The notes below the pieces were generated by a model that searched no databases, was not told the DNA's origin, and saw only the letters and a program-made list of their open reading frames with translations. The translations under genes were made by a program, and so were the position numbers. 64,000 bases of DNA from Bythopirellula sp. (GTDB lineage Bacteria > Planctomycetota > Planctomycetia > Pirellulales > Lacipirellulaceae). Numbering within the stretch: position 1 is the first letter of the stretch; each line of letters starts with the position of its first letter. The stretch spans positions 2,016,001-2,080,000 of the forward strand of contig OZ244170.1 of NCBI GenBank assembly GCA_965216565.1, read 5' to 3'. Below, piece by piece: positions 28,390-36,994 of this stretch.

Positions 28390-28430
28390 CCCGCCTCGCG
28401 GCTCGGGGCAGACCGCGGGGTGGGTTTTTT
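28390..28430 (+). terminator. Intrinsic terminator (homolog of 2290-2335)
   Basis: CCCGCCTCGCGG-ctcggggcaga-CCGCGGGGTGGG + TTTTTT. Confidence 0.75.
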
Positions 28431-28602
28431 CTAACCCTTAGATAAAAAGCATTCGGATTCAGGCTAGTTATTAAGACATCGCAAGAATTATTTTCCGAAT
28501 GCAATTTCCGATGCTTTCCGTCTTCTATCTGACAACTGCAACCAAAGAGCAGCACAGCGTAGAGACGGGGAAACTTTCTTAGACAATTAATCTCCGTTAC
28601 CT

Positions 28603-29712
28603 ATGGAATTAGTAGCGATGTCCGTATCTCAAATCTCTCGCAAGAGAATCCACGACGCTTTCACGCTCGTAGAATTGCTGGTTGTAATCGCCATCATTGG
28701 CGTTCTGGTGGCCCTCCTGCTACCTGCCGTGCAGGCAGCACGCGAAGCGGCCCGTCGTATTCAATGCCAAAATAACGTCCGCAACTTGGCACTGGGCGTA
28801 CTCAACTATGAGAATGCCCGCGGTGTGATGCCCCCGTCGAGTCAGATGCTAGGGGCTAAGACGCGGTTACCTGGTGTAACGTCACCTCGATTGCAAATGT
28901 ACACCTCCCAAGCGCGGGAACGACTAAGTTGGATTTACCAAATCCTTCCCAATATCGAGCAGCAAGCTCTCTATGATCAGTTCGACCCCAACCTAACGGT
29001 GTTTAACCAAGACGTTAATTCGCGTCCAGAAGAAGCTCAACCTGCCGTGCTACTTTGTCCGAGCGACGATACAACCGGCACTTTCTATGAGCAAAGTAAT
29101 CGGAGACTCGCGAAAGGGAATTACGCCGCCTATGCTTCTCCAGAACACGCTACCAGCTCAACTATTTGGCCGGGCGCACTGATCCAAGAGCCTCAGCCGC
29201 TACAGCGATTTACCGACGGCACGTCCAGTACCGTGATGTTGGCTGAAGTGCTAACTCGTGAAGAACCGACAGACCAACGAGGTGCCTGGGCGGTGGCTTA
29301 CATTGGTTCTTCCATTCTCGCACTCGACCTCCATGGCCAAGGAGTGGGAACGGGCAATATTGCTGAACAGGGCCGACAAGTTCCCTACTACCCTGTTGTT
29401 TCGGGCCTCCAACTGCAAGATGCGCTCACGCCAAATCTTCAAACCGGCAGTCTCACCGCCGACGAAATTCTTCAATGCGAAAACACCGCTGATGCCGACC
29501 TGCAGCGAATGCCCTGCCGCACCCACGGTTCTACGCAAAACTACACCGCTGCCCCTCGCAGCAACCATACCGGCGGAGTCAATGCTGCCAATGTGGATGG
29601 GAGTGTTCGCTTTCTCTCCGACGACATTGAACCTCCCGTGCTAGGCGTTCTAATCCACATTAGCGATGGATTGCTTCAGGACAGCATTCCAGTCATCAGT
29701 GGCAATTTATAG
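28603..29712 (+). CDS. DUF1559 prepilin-type protein
   Basis: [46 protein letters not shown]. Confidence 0.92.
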   Translation: MELVAMSVSQISRKRIHDAFTLVELLVVIAIIGVLVALLLPAVQAAREAARRIQCQNNVRNLALGVLNYENARGVMPPSSQMLGAKTRLPGVTSPRLQMYTSQARERLSWIYQILPNIEQQALYDQFDPNLTVFNQDVNSRPEEAQPAVLLCPSDDTTGTFYEQSNRRLAKGNYAAYASPEHATSSTIWPGALIQEPQPLQRFTDGTSSTVMLAEVLTREEPTDQRGAWAVAYIGSSILALDLHGQGVGTGNIAEQGRQVPYYPVVSGLQLQDALTPNLQTGSLTADEILQCENTADADLQRMPCRTHGSTQNYTAAPRSNHTGGVNAANVDGSVRFLSDDIEPPVLGVLIHISDGLLQDSIPVISGNL

Positions 29713-29788
29713 CCATCGAATCTTGAAAGAAAAACACTTGCTCCTGACCTGTCGTTAGGTTGTTCGGGCCCAGAAGGAATCGCACTCC

Positions 29789-30163
29789 ATGAAACAATCG
29801 TTACCGGTCATTGCCTTGGGAATCGGAATCCCTCTTGTTTTGCTGAGCATTCTGTGGAGTTCAATTTTCCCCGCCAGCAATAGTTGGACGGAGGAGAAGT
29901 CCAAACGCATGACCGAACTAGCACTTCAGACTCAGCAGCTAATGTATAAGGTGGTGAAGGCGGAGAATAACGACCTCAAATCGGGTGAGAATCCTGCTGA
30001 AATCAACGAAAAGTACCGCGCATCGAAGAAGGAGCTGGAACAGCTTCAAAACGATTTCGAAACCCAGCGGGACAAACCCAGCACCATTGCCAGCTATCTT
30101 CGTTGGGCGGGGATCGCGTTGGTGATCGTAGGGGCGGGTGCGAATTTTGTCGAACGGGGCTAG
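29789..30163 (+). CDS. Hypothetical membrane protein (2 TM segments flanking a coiled coil)
   Basis: AAGGA RBS; hydrophobic N- and C-terminal segments; charged helical centre. Confidence 0.7.
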   Translation: MKQSLPVIALGIGIPLVLLSILWSSIFPASNSWTEEKSKRMTELALQTQQLMYKVVKAENNDLKSGENPAEINEKYRASKKELEQLQNDFETQRDKPSTIASYLRWAGIALVIVGAGANFVERG

Positions 30164-30195
30164 AGCTTGCCAGGAGCCCCGAAATCTCACCATTC

Positions 30196-30222
30196 TGCGC
30201 ACCCCGGCAACCTCTCCGCGCA
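30196..30222 (+). promoter_or_regulatory. Operator TGCGCA-N15-CGCGCA
   Basis: 21-bp period; TATAAT at 30261. Confidence 0.6.
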
Positions 30223-30500
30223 ACCGTAGGGCAATTTCTTTCCCAAAAACCTGCTCTACGTATAATCGAGTGTAGAGGTAATCGAACGTAGAGGCGAACC
30301 AGATGCAGCAGCCAGTAGGCGCGATCCCAAGGAATTGCCCAAGCAGGTTGTCATCGAACTCTTACAAAGTGCAACCAAGGCTTACGTCATCCAACTTCAC
30401 CCCATGCTTGGGCTGATGCTCAAGTTCGGAATCGGCACTTTCGAACTTAGAGCGACTTAGAAGCGACAAGAATGAGAAGACACAGATGAGAAGAGGAACA

Positions 30501-33500
30501 ATGAAGAACTATCTACGCAAACTCGGTCGAAAAACACGAGCATCCCTCACGAAAGTTGGCAAACTATCTGCCGATAAGTCGCTCCGCTACGAAGTCTTAG
30601 AAACCCGCTCGATGCTCAGCGCCGCGGGAATCGTCGACTTTATCGCCCAGCCGTCAGGGGCTTTGGACGGAAAGATCGTCTTCACCTCTGCCGGTCATGG
30701 GCTCGAGTGGAACACCAACATCAACGATTTCTATCTAGGCCGAGAAGAGTTCGCCAGCACCGAGGTGAACGAAGCCCTGGGCAATCAAGATCAGCTCCAC
30801 TTCTTTGCCGAGCACCTACTCCGTGCCGGCGCTACAGTCGTACCCTTGCGACCTGTAGGCGATCAGCCCAATGAAGTGGTCCTCGATAACGACTTGGTAG
30901 AGGTGACTTACTCGGGTGCCTGGTCAAATAGCAGTGCCGCTATTCACTATGACGAAGACTATGGCGCAGTTGCCGATGGCGTCTCGTATCGATTCGCTAA
31001 TGTCTCTGCCACTGAAACAGCCACGGCAACTTACACACCTGACATTCCAGAAGAAGGTTTCTACCCGGTCTACACCTGGGTACTAGATGGTGGCAATCGA
31101 ACAGACCAGCTCTACCGCATCAACGACAGTGCCGGTGGTGTAACCGAAGTGCGTGTCGATCACCGCAAGGTTGGCAAGGGTTGGGTTTACCTGGGCACTT
31201 ATCACTTCGATGAGGGTACCAGTGGCAACGTTCAGATTAGCAATCAATCGACTGCCGGCGGATCGGTCGTCATTGCAGATGCCATCCGCTTTGGCAACGG
31301 CATGGGCGATCTTCCCGATGGCGCTGGCGGCCTGGGTACAGGAGTAATTACTGGTGCTCCTCGCGAAGACGAGGCCTCTATCTTCTGGATCTATCGGAGC
31401 GTTGGCCAGGGCGTAAGCGCCCCCTTAGTAATCGGCAGCGGCAACGTCTCTGCTCCCGAAAACATGGCCGAGCATATGAATAATAACGCCAACGCGTTTG
31501 GCGATTCGGTTTACATCGGGTTCCACTCCAACGCCGGCGGAGGCAGGGGAGCGGTTGGTCTGTTTACTAGCAGCGCCGCCCAACGGACTCCCAACCAGGA
31601 AGCTCTCGCAACCTACACGGGTCGCCAAATTAATCAAGACATGCAGGCCCTCAACGGGCAGTTCGAACACAACTGGAGCACCCGCACTACCCACACATTC
31701 AACGGCGTCAACTTTGGTGAGATCAACGCTGGCCCCGGCGCCGAAATGGACATGACCATCATCGAGGTTGCGTTTCACGACAGCAATCTTGATGCCGATC
31801 TGTTAAACGATCCCAAGGTACGCGAACAACTCGGACGTTCCACCTACGAAGCAGTCATCGAATACTTCGCCAACCACGCGGGCCTGGCCGATTCGACGAG
31901 CCAACCCTCGGCCCCAACGGAAATTTCAGCCACCACCGCGTCAAACGGAGATATCACCGTCTCTTGGGAACCCGGCCCTACCGGTGTGCAGGGTGGAACG
32001 CCTACCGCCTACCGCGTGTATGCCTCGCGTGATGGTTACGGCTACGCAGGCTACGTAGAAGTGGCCGGAGCGGGTGCCGGTTCGTACACTTTCGATTCCG
32101 CCGACTTGGATGACGATCCTTACTATTTCAAAGTCGTGGCCGTCAACAGTGGCGGTGAGTCGCCCCGTAGTCTGGTCGCAGCTGCCCAGAAATCTTCGGT
32201 CGTCGGCGCTAAACGCGTCCTCATCCTCCAGGCCTTTGATCGCAACGATCGATTCCTCAATGAACGCTATTCCGATCCCCAATCCAACGATCCAGATGGG
32301 CTCGATTTAGTCGATCGCGTTCGACCTCGCTACAACAACACGTTCGACTACTCCATCCAAGTCGCTGAAGCCATCGATGCCACGCCCAATTCACTCCGCA
32401 TCGACACTGCCTCGAACGAAGAGTTGCTCGCCGGCGATGTCACGCTGAGCGATTACGATGCCGTATTCTGGACCTCGGGCGAGGAATCTTCCGCCGACGA
32501 CACCTTCAATGCCACCGAACAGACGCTTGTTGAAAACTACCTGACTGGTGGAGGCAAGCTGTTTGTTTCGGGAGCAGAGATCGGTTGGGATCTCGATAAT
32601 CTCAACAATGGCCGCGATTTTTACAATGATTTCTTGCGGGCCGACTACGTCAGCGACGACGCCGCCACCTACGACGTGCAGGGAGCAGGCGGGTCTATCT
32701 TCGCAGGACTTTCGTTCTCGTTCGATGATGGCGATTTGTTTTATGACACGAATTTCCCCGACCGAATCAATCCCTTGGGCGGAGCCACTTCGGCACTGAC
32801 CTATGTCGGCGGTCTCGGGGGCAACGCTGCCATTCAGTACGATAGCGGCGCAGCGACCAAAGTGGTCAACTTCGGCTTCCCTTTCGAAACGATTGCTTCC
32901 GAAGCAGATCGCAGCCTCGTCATGGAACGAGTGCTCGGTTTCTTCGAACTCGATGTCATCGCCAATGCCGATTTCGACAGTAGCGGGGCCGTCACCGGTC
33001 TTGATTTCCTGGCTTGGCAAATCGGTAACGGCACCACCGGCGGAGCCACATTGGCCGATGGCGATGCCAACGCTGATGGCAACGTCGGTAGCGCGGACTT
33101 AGCTATTTGGGAAGCGCAGTATGGAGCCGCACCGCAAACCGCAGCCATCCAGGCTCCCCTGGCAAGCTCAAGTGCCATCCTTGCCCAGCCGACACAACCT
33201 GGATTCGAAGAAGACAATTCGGGCGGATTCGCCGATACGGTTGATGCGGCTTCTTTGGCCAACGTCGCCCAACGCTTGGCTGATTTGGCGATCGAGAACG
33301 GAGGTGCCGATCCTACCGAATGGATCCTTCCGCCAACGTCTTACGAAGCCCTGCTCGATCGGCAAATAGCCGGGTCCCCAGAGACTTCGCCAACAAGTAC
33401 TGCTGCAGACGAAGAATCATCCCTCAACTCTGAAGACGGAGAAGTGGCACGTCAGGAGGCTTTTGAAGGACTGGATTCAGGTATGCCTCCGCACAGCCTT

Positions 33501-33506
33501 GAATGA
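30501..33506 (+). CDS. Multidomain N-acetylmuramoyl-L-alanine amidase (Amidase_3) with Golvesin/CBM-like insert, FN3 and dockerin-like repeat; planctomycete LEPRxLL-type leader
   Basis: LRYEVLETRSMLS leader; Zn ligands AGHG, E, FHSNA and catalytic IIEVAFHD; Y.VY.W...YRI...WVYLGTYHF...VIADAIRF (Golvesin-like); P.AP...VSW..YRVY..YYFKVVAVNSGGES (FN3); GAGG RBS before 30501. Confidence 0.78.
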   Translation: MKNYLRKLGRKTRASLTKVGKLSADKSLRYEVLETRSMLSAAGIVDFIAQPSGALDGKIVFTSAGHGLEWNTNINDFYLGREEFASTEVNEALGNQDQLHFFAEHLLRAGATVVPLRPVGDQPNEVVLDNDLVEVTYSGAWSNSSAAIHYDEDYGAVADGVSYRFANVSATETATATYTPDIPEEGFYPVYTWVLDGGNRTDQLYRINDSAGGVTEVRVDHRKVGKGWVYLGTYHFDEGTSGNVQISNQSTAGGSVVIADAIRFGNGMGDLPDGAGGLGTGVITGAPREDEASIFWIYRSVGQGVSAPLVIGSGNVSAPENMAEHMNNNANAFGDSVYIGFHSNAGGGRGAVGLFTSSAAQRTPNQEALATYTGRQINQDMQALNGQFEHNWSTRTTHTFNGVNFGEINAGPGAEMDMTIIEVAFHDSNLDADLLNDPKVREQLGRSTYEAVIEYFANHAGLADSTSQPSAPTEISATTASNGDITVSWEPGPTGVQGGTPTAYRVYASRDGYGYAGYVEVAGAGAGSYTFDSADLDDDPYYFKVVAVNSGGESPRSLVAAAQKSSVVGAKRVLILQAFDRNDRFLNERYSDPQSNDPDGLDLVDRVRPRYNNTFDYSIQVAEAIDATPNSLRIDTASNEELLAGDVTLSDYDAVFWTSGEESSADDTFNATEQTLVENYLTGGGKLFVSGAEIGWDLDNLNNGRDFYNDFLRADYVSDDAATYDVQGAGGSIFAGLSFSFDDGDLFYDTNFPDRINPLGGATSALTYVGGLGGNAAIQYDSGAATKVVNFGFPFETIASEADRSLVMERVLGFFELDVIANADFDSSGAVTGLDFLAWQIGNGTTGGATLADGDANADGNVGSADLAIWEAQYGAAPQTAAIQAPLASSSAILAQPTQPGFEEDNSGGFADTVDAASLANVAQRLADLAIENGGADPTEWILPPTSYEALLDRQIAGSPETSPTSTAADEESSLNSEDGEVARQEAFEGLDSGMPPHSLE

Positions 33507-33673
33507 TCGTAAGGTGTTTCCAAGCCCCTCACATTCTTACAGCGCGAGGAATTTGCTGGCCATCGTCCAGCAGGTCGTGATGCCGCTGCCTGGGCCTCTA
33601 AGCCATAAATCCCACGGAATTGGCTGAAATACGGTCCCTCGCTCTCGATTTGAGCCTGCCTGAGATGTTCGAT

Positions 33674-33736
33674 TGCGCAAAATAGACAAAAAAAGACGCT
33701 CGCACTGTTTGGACTTTTGAGATTCTTTTTTATGAT
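33674..33736 (+). promoter_or_regulatory. Operator TGCGCA-N15-GACGCT plus -10 TATGAT
   Basis: Degenerate second half-site at 21-bp period; -10 lies 30 bp downstream, as at 4070. Confidence 0.5.
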
Positions 33737-33842
33737 AGAGATAGTTCCAGTGCTAAAGGCTGGGCTGAAAGCCATTTTTGCTTATCGATTTTCTCTGTTT
33801 CACAACCAGTGGTTTATTAACCAAGATTAGGGGAATTGTCTA

Positions 33843-34790
33843 ATGAACGTAGTAAAACTTTTGTCGGCGTGCACTGTTTTTTTTGCGCTATCGCCACTAG
33901 CTGCATCGGCAGCAACCGTTCTCTATCAGGATCAACTCGATGATCCTAACGCCCTAGGTTCGACCTGGGGGAAGAATGCAAGTAGTTCCGACCAGGTTTC
34001 CACTTTCGGCTACAACTACGCCGCGGACGGCATTCCTGAAGCCCCGAACAATCTGGGCGGGGCCGCCACAACTGGCGTAAAAATGGAAGCCAATCTTCTC
34101 TCTCCTGGTACTGGTGAACACTTCACTCTGTATCCTATTGGTGAGAACTTCACGGGGAAGTATCAACTCAGATTCGACGCCTGGCAAAACTTCGAAGACA
34201 ACGCCGGAACAAGCACCGAGTTTATGGGTGGCGGTATTGGCTACGACAACGTAACCGCCGACATTGCCAGTGGTGCCCAAGCAATTGCAACGACAGAAGG
34301 CGGATCCAGCAACGACTGGCGTGCCTTCAAGTCGCCTCCACAGTTCTTCATTCCTGATCCCGACATGGCTGCCGGCACCCATCAGGGCGCTGATCCCTAC
34401 TACGCCGACTTCCTGCCTTCGGTAGCTGCCCCTGCAGCTCAAGGCCAGGTGGGTGGAGTTAGTACCGCCGGTTCGCCCGGGTTCCAGTGGATTACCTGGG
34501 AGTTCAATACGGATGGGAACGATGTTTCTGTTGTTATCGAAAAACCAGACGGAACTCGTCGGCTGATCGTAGAGTACGACAGGACGGATACCAGCGATGG
34601 TTCCGCCGGAGTGAACACCGATGGAAACATCTCGCTGTTCTTCGCCGATTTCTTCTCGTCCGTGTCTCCTCGCCCCGACCTTCAATTCGGCATTGTCGAT
34701 AATGTGATGGTCATGACCATTCCCGAGCCGACCAGCATCGCATTGCTGGGCTTGGGCAGCATTGGCTTGATGCTGCGACGTAGGAAATAG
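33843..34790 (+). CDS. PEP-CTERM surface protein (paralog of 26720..28354, no dockerin)
   Basis: Signal peptide; IPEAP..ATTG..AN, GIG, W.T.E, FFADFFSSV and F.IVDN shared with the 26720 protein; IPEP-TM-RRRK. Confidence 0.88.
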   Translation: MNVVKLLSACTVFFALSPLAASAATVLYQDQLDDPNALGSTWGKNASSSDQVSTFGYNYAADGIPEAPNNLGGAATTGVKMEANLLSPGTGEHFTLYPIGENFTGKYQLRFDAWQNFEDNAGTSTEFMGGGIGYDNVTADIASGAQAIATTEGGSSNDWRAFKSPPQFFIPDPDMAAGTHQGADPYYADFLPSVAAPAAQGQVGGVSTAGSPGFQWITWEFNTDGNDVSVVIEKPDGTRRLIVEYDRTDTSDGSAGVNTDGNISLFFADFFSSVSPRPDLQFGIVDNVMVMTIPEPTSIALLGLGSIGLMLRRRK

Positions 34791-34823
34791 TCGAAGAGAC
34801 AACTAAATTTCAAACCCTACGCA

Positions 34824-34871
34824 TGCGACCCGGCCTGGAGCTTTGGTTCCAGACCGGGTCGCAATTTTTTT
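34824..34871 (+). terminator. Rho-independent terminator
   Basis: TGCGACCCGGCCTGGA...TCCAGACCGGGTCGCA + T7. Confidence 0.8.
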
Positions 34872-34970
34872 GGCTGAATCGAGTCCATGCTGGAATACCT
34901 GGGTGAAGGACTGTCCGGGCAGTAATCTCAGAAATCGAACCTCTTGTAGGGAGGTTTGAGCCTAGACAGG

Positions 34971-35034
34971 TGCGCATTACCGAGTAAAGACTGCGCTCAT
35001 TTCGATTGCCGCCGATCTGGATTTGGCTCAGAAT
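34971..35034 (+). promoter_or_regulatory. Operator TGCGCA-N15-TGCGCT plus promoter TTGCCG-17-CAGAAT
   Basis: Half-sites at 34971 and 34992; -35 at 35006; -10 at 35029. Confidence 0.62.
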
Positions 35035-35086
35035 AGACAAATATCTTCGATACATACGGCAATATAGAGCTTTACGGAACAAAACT

Positions 35087-36211
35087 ATGAACTCATCATC
35101 CGCCAATCTCGTCAGTCGACGGGATCCCCTCTCTTCATCCCGACGTGGTTTCACGCTTGTGGAGCTACTCGTGGTGATCGCCATTATTGGTGTGTTGGTC
35201 GCCCTGCTGCTGCCAGCCGTGCAGGCCGCTCGCGAAGCAGCCCGTCGCATCCAGTGCAGCAACCACCTCCGCCAAATTGGCTTGGCCTGTGCCAACTTCG
35301 AGGTCACCCACAAGCACTACCCCTCAGGTGGCTGGCGATTCAACTGGACTGCCGATCCCGACCGCGGTTACGGTCCCGATCAGCCCGGTTCCTGGATGTA
35401 CAACATTCTCGACTTCATCGAGCAACAGAATCTGCGTCAATTGGGAGCGGGCACCGCCATGAATAGTGCCGCTCGACGCGAGGCCTCTATCCAATTGCAT
35501 CAGACGCCAGTTTCAACCTACAACTGTCCCTCTCGCGGTCGTCCTGCAGTGACTATTGCCAGATGGCTATCTGTCCGAGAGCAAACCTGGTTGGCAAACG
35601 TTGCTCAGAGTGAAGGGATTGTGAAGGCCGACTACGCAGCAAGTTCTGGCGACACTTTGGAGTCGGATGCTTTGAATATGTATGCTCCCAGTTCCTACGC
35701 AGATCAGAGAGACTCACTATGGACCGTAACCAACGACCCCGATCGGCCCACATCCCGAGGACAGCCAGATAACTCCCGTTTTTTCCAGAGTGGTATTATG
35801 TTCTACCGTAGCAAACTGGAAGTGCAGCAGATCGAGGACGGGACGTCAAACACCTACTTGGCAGGAGAGAAATGGGTAAATTCGGACGGCTACGATGGCG
35901 TCATTCAAACGAATTCTCCTGGCTACTCTTGGGGGGATAACCAGTCTATGTACACCGGCTACGATTGGGACAACCAACGGGTGGCCTGGCATCCGGATGC
36001 GGTTGGCGATCAAGAAGACTATCAGCCGTCGCAAGACCGAGCTGGTCTTGGTGCCCCACAACCCGAAGGCAAGTTTGGCAGTGCCCATCCTGGCGGTTTC
36101 AACATGGCCTTCGCAGATGGTTCTGTTCAATGGGTCGCTTTTGATATCGATCCACTCACCCATCGCTGGCAAGCCAATCGCTCTGACGGTCAGGTGATCA
36201 ACCGAGAGTAA
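35087..36211 (+). CDS. DUF1559 prepilin-type protein
   Basis: [49 protein letters not shown]. Confidence 0.93.
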   Translation: MNSSSANLVSRRDPLSSSRRGFTLVELLVVIAIIGVLVALLLPAVQAAREAARRIQCSNHLRQIGLACANFEVTHKHYPSGGWRFNWTADPDRGYGPDQPGSWMYNILDFIEQQNLRQLGAGTAMNSAARREASIQLHQTPVSTYNCPSRGRPAVTIARWLSVREQTWLANVAQSEGIVKADYAASSGDTLESDALNMYAPSSYADQRDSLWTVTNDPDRPTSRGQPDNSRFFQSGIMFYRSKLEVQQIEDGTSNTYLAGEKWVNSDGYDGVIQTNSPGYSWGDNQSMYTGYDWDNQRVAWHPDAVGDQEDYQPSQDRAGLGAPQPEGKFGSAHPGGFNMAFADGSVQWVAFDIDPLTHRWQANRSDGQVINRE

Positions 36212-36299
36212 GAACAGCCCATCCCTCCCTGATTCAAGCTGTAGTGGGCGGTAGCCGACATCTCGCGCTACGCCATAGAATTAGCGAGGGTTAAAACGA

Positions 36300-36968
36300 C
36301 TACTTCGATTTCACCTTGAAAACGACCCTTTGTTCGACAATTTCAGGGTCGTCCATTGCCACTTGTTGACCAAGAATCGTCTCTTCGTTGAAACGGGCGG
36401 GGATCGTCTCTTTGCCATTCACTTCTTTGGAAATCTTCACCTTGTAGAATCCAAGTTGAATTCCTGGTGGTGTATCAGGAGTCGGTCTGTTCTCCTTGGG
36501 AATTCTTGGCGACACGAGGCCCGTGTATCTCGTCTCAGCAACAGCGGTTTGGATTGAGTCTTTCAGAAACTCCGCGGGTTCAAACGTTACGGTCGCGCCT
36601 TCCAACGGGTGACCATCCATCGTCACAAGACATCGGATCGTAGTCAGTCCAGCTCGTGTTCCCTGCCAGACCAGGATGCGGGCTTCAATCTCGTCTTCCG
36701 AAACCTTGCCATCGCCATCGGTGTCGAGCGTTTCCATAGACGCACTCAAAGCGGGCGTGCTTTCCAATTCCTCACCCGCGATGAACCCATCGCCATCGGA
36801 ATCGTACAATTCCATGGCTTTGGCCGCTGCGTCGTCGGCATCGATCGACGGTGGCATGATTCGCGACGGACCACTGCTACAGCCGACACCAATAACCAGC
36901 CCCAAAGCCAGGCTGCTCACACTGATCCAGCCAACAAGCGGAGATCGAGAATCCGAATACTCATTCAT
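36300..36968 (-). CDS. Lipoprotein with EF-hand pair and a carboxypeptidase-regulatory-like (DUF1559-associated) domain
   Basis: LGLVIGVGC lipobox; DSDGDGFIAGEE and DTDGDGKVSEDE loops; VTMDGHPLEGATVTFEP...G.YKVKISK..IPARFN. Confidence 0.75.
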   Translation of the reverse strand: MNEYSDSRSPLVGWISVSSLALGLVIGVGCSSGPSRIMPPSIDADDAAAKAMELYDSDGDGFIAGEELESTPALSASMETLDTDGDGKVSEDEIEARILVWQGTRAGLTTIRCLVTMDGHPLEGATVTFEPAEFLKDSIQTAVAETRYTGLVSPRIPKENRPTPDTPPGIQLGFYKVKISKEVNGKETIPARFNEETILGQQVAMDDPEIVEQRVVFKVKSK

Positions 36969-36994
36969 AGCTTTGCAATCCAAATCTATACTCC

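Noticed and set aside
33954..34802. 282-aa minus-strand ORF, and other long antisense ORFs such as 6246..6956 and 32391..33020
   Set aside because: These are shadow frames opposite well-supported genes, with no recognisable motifs.
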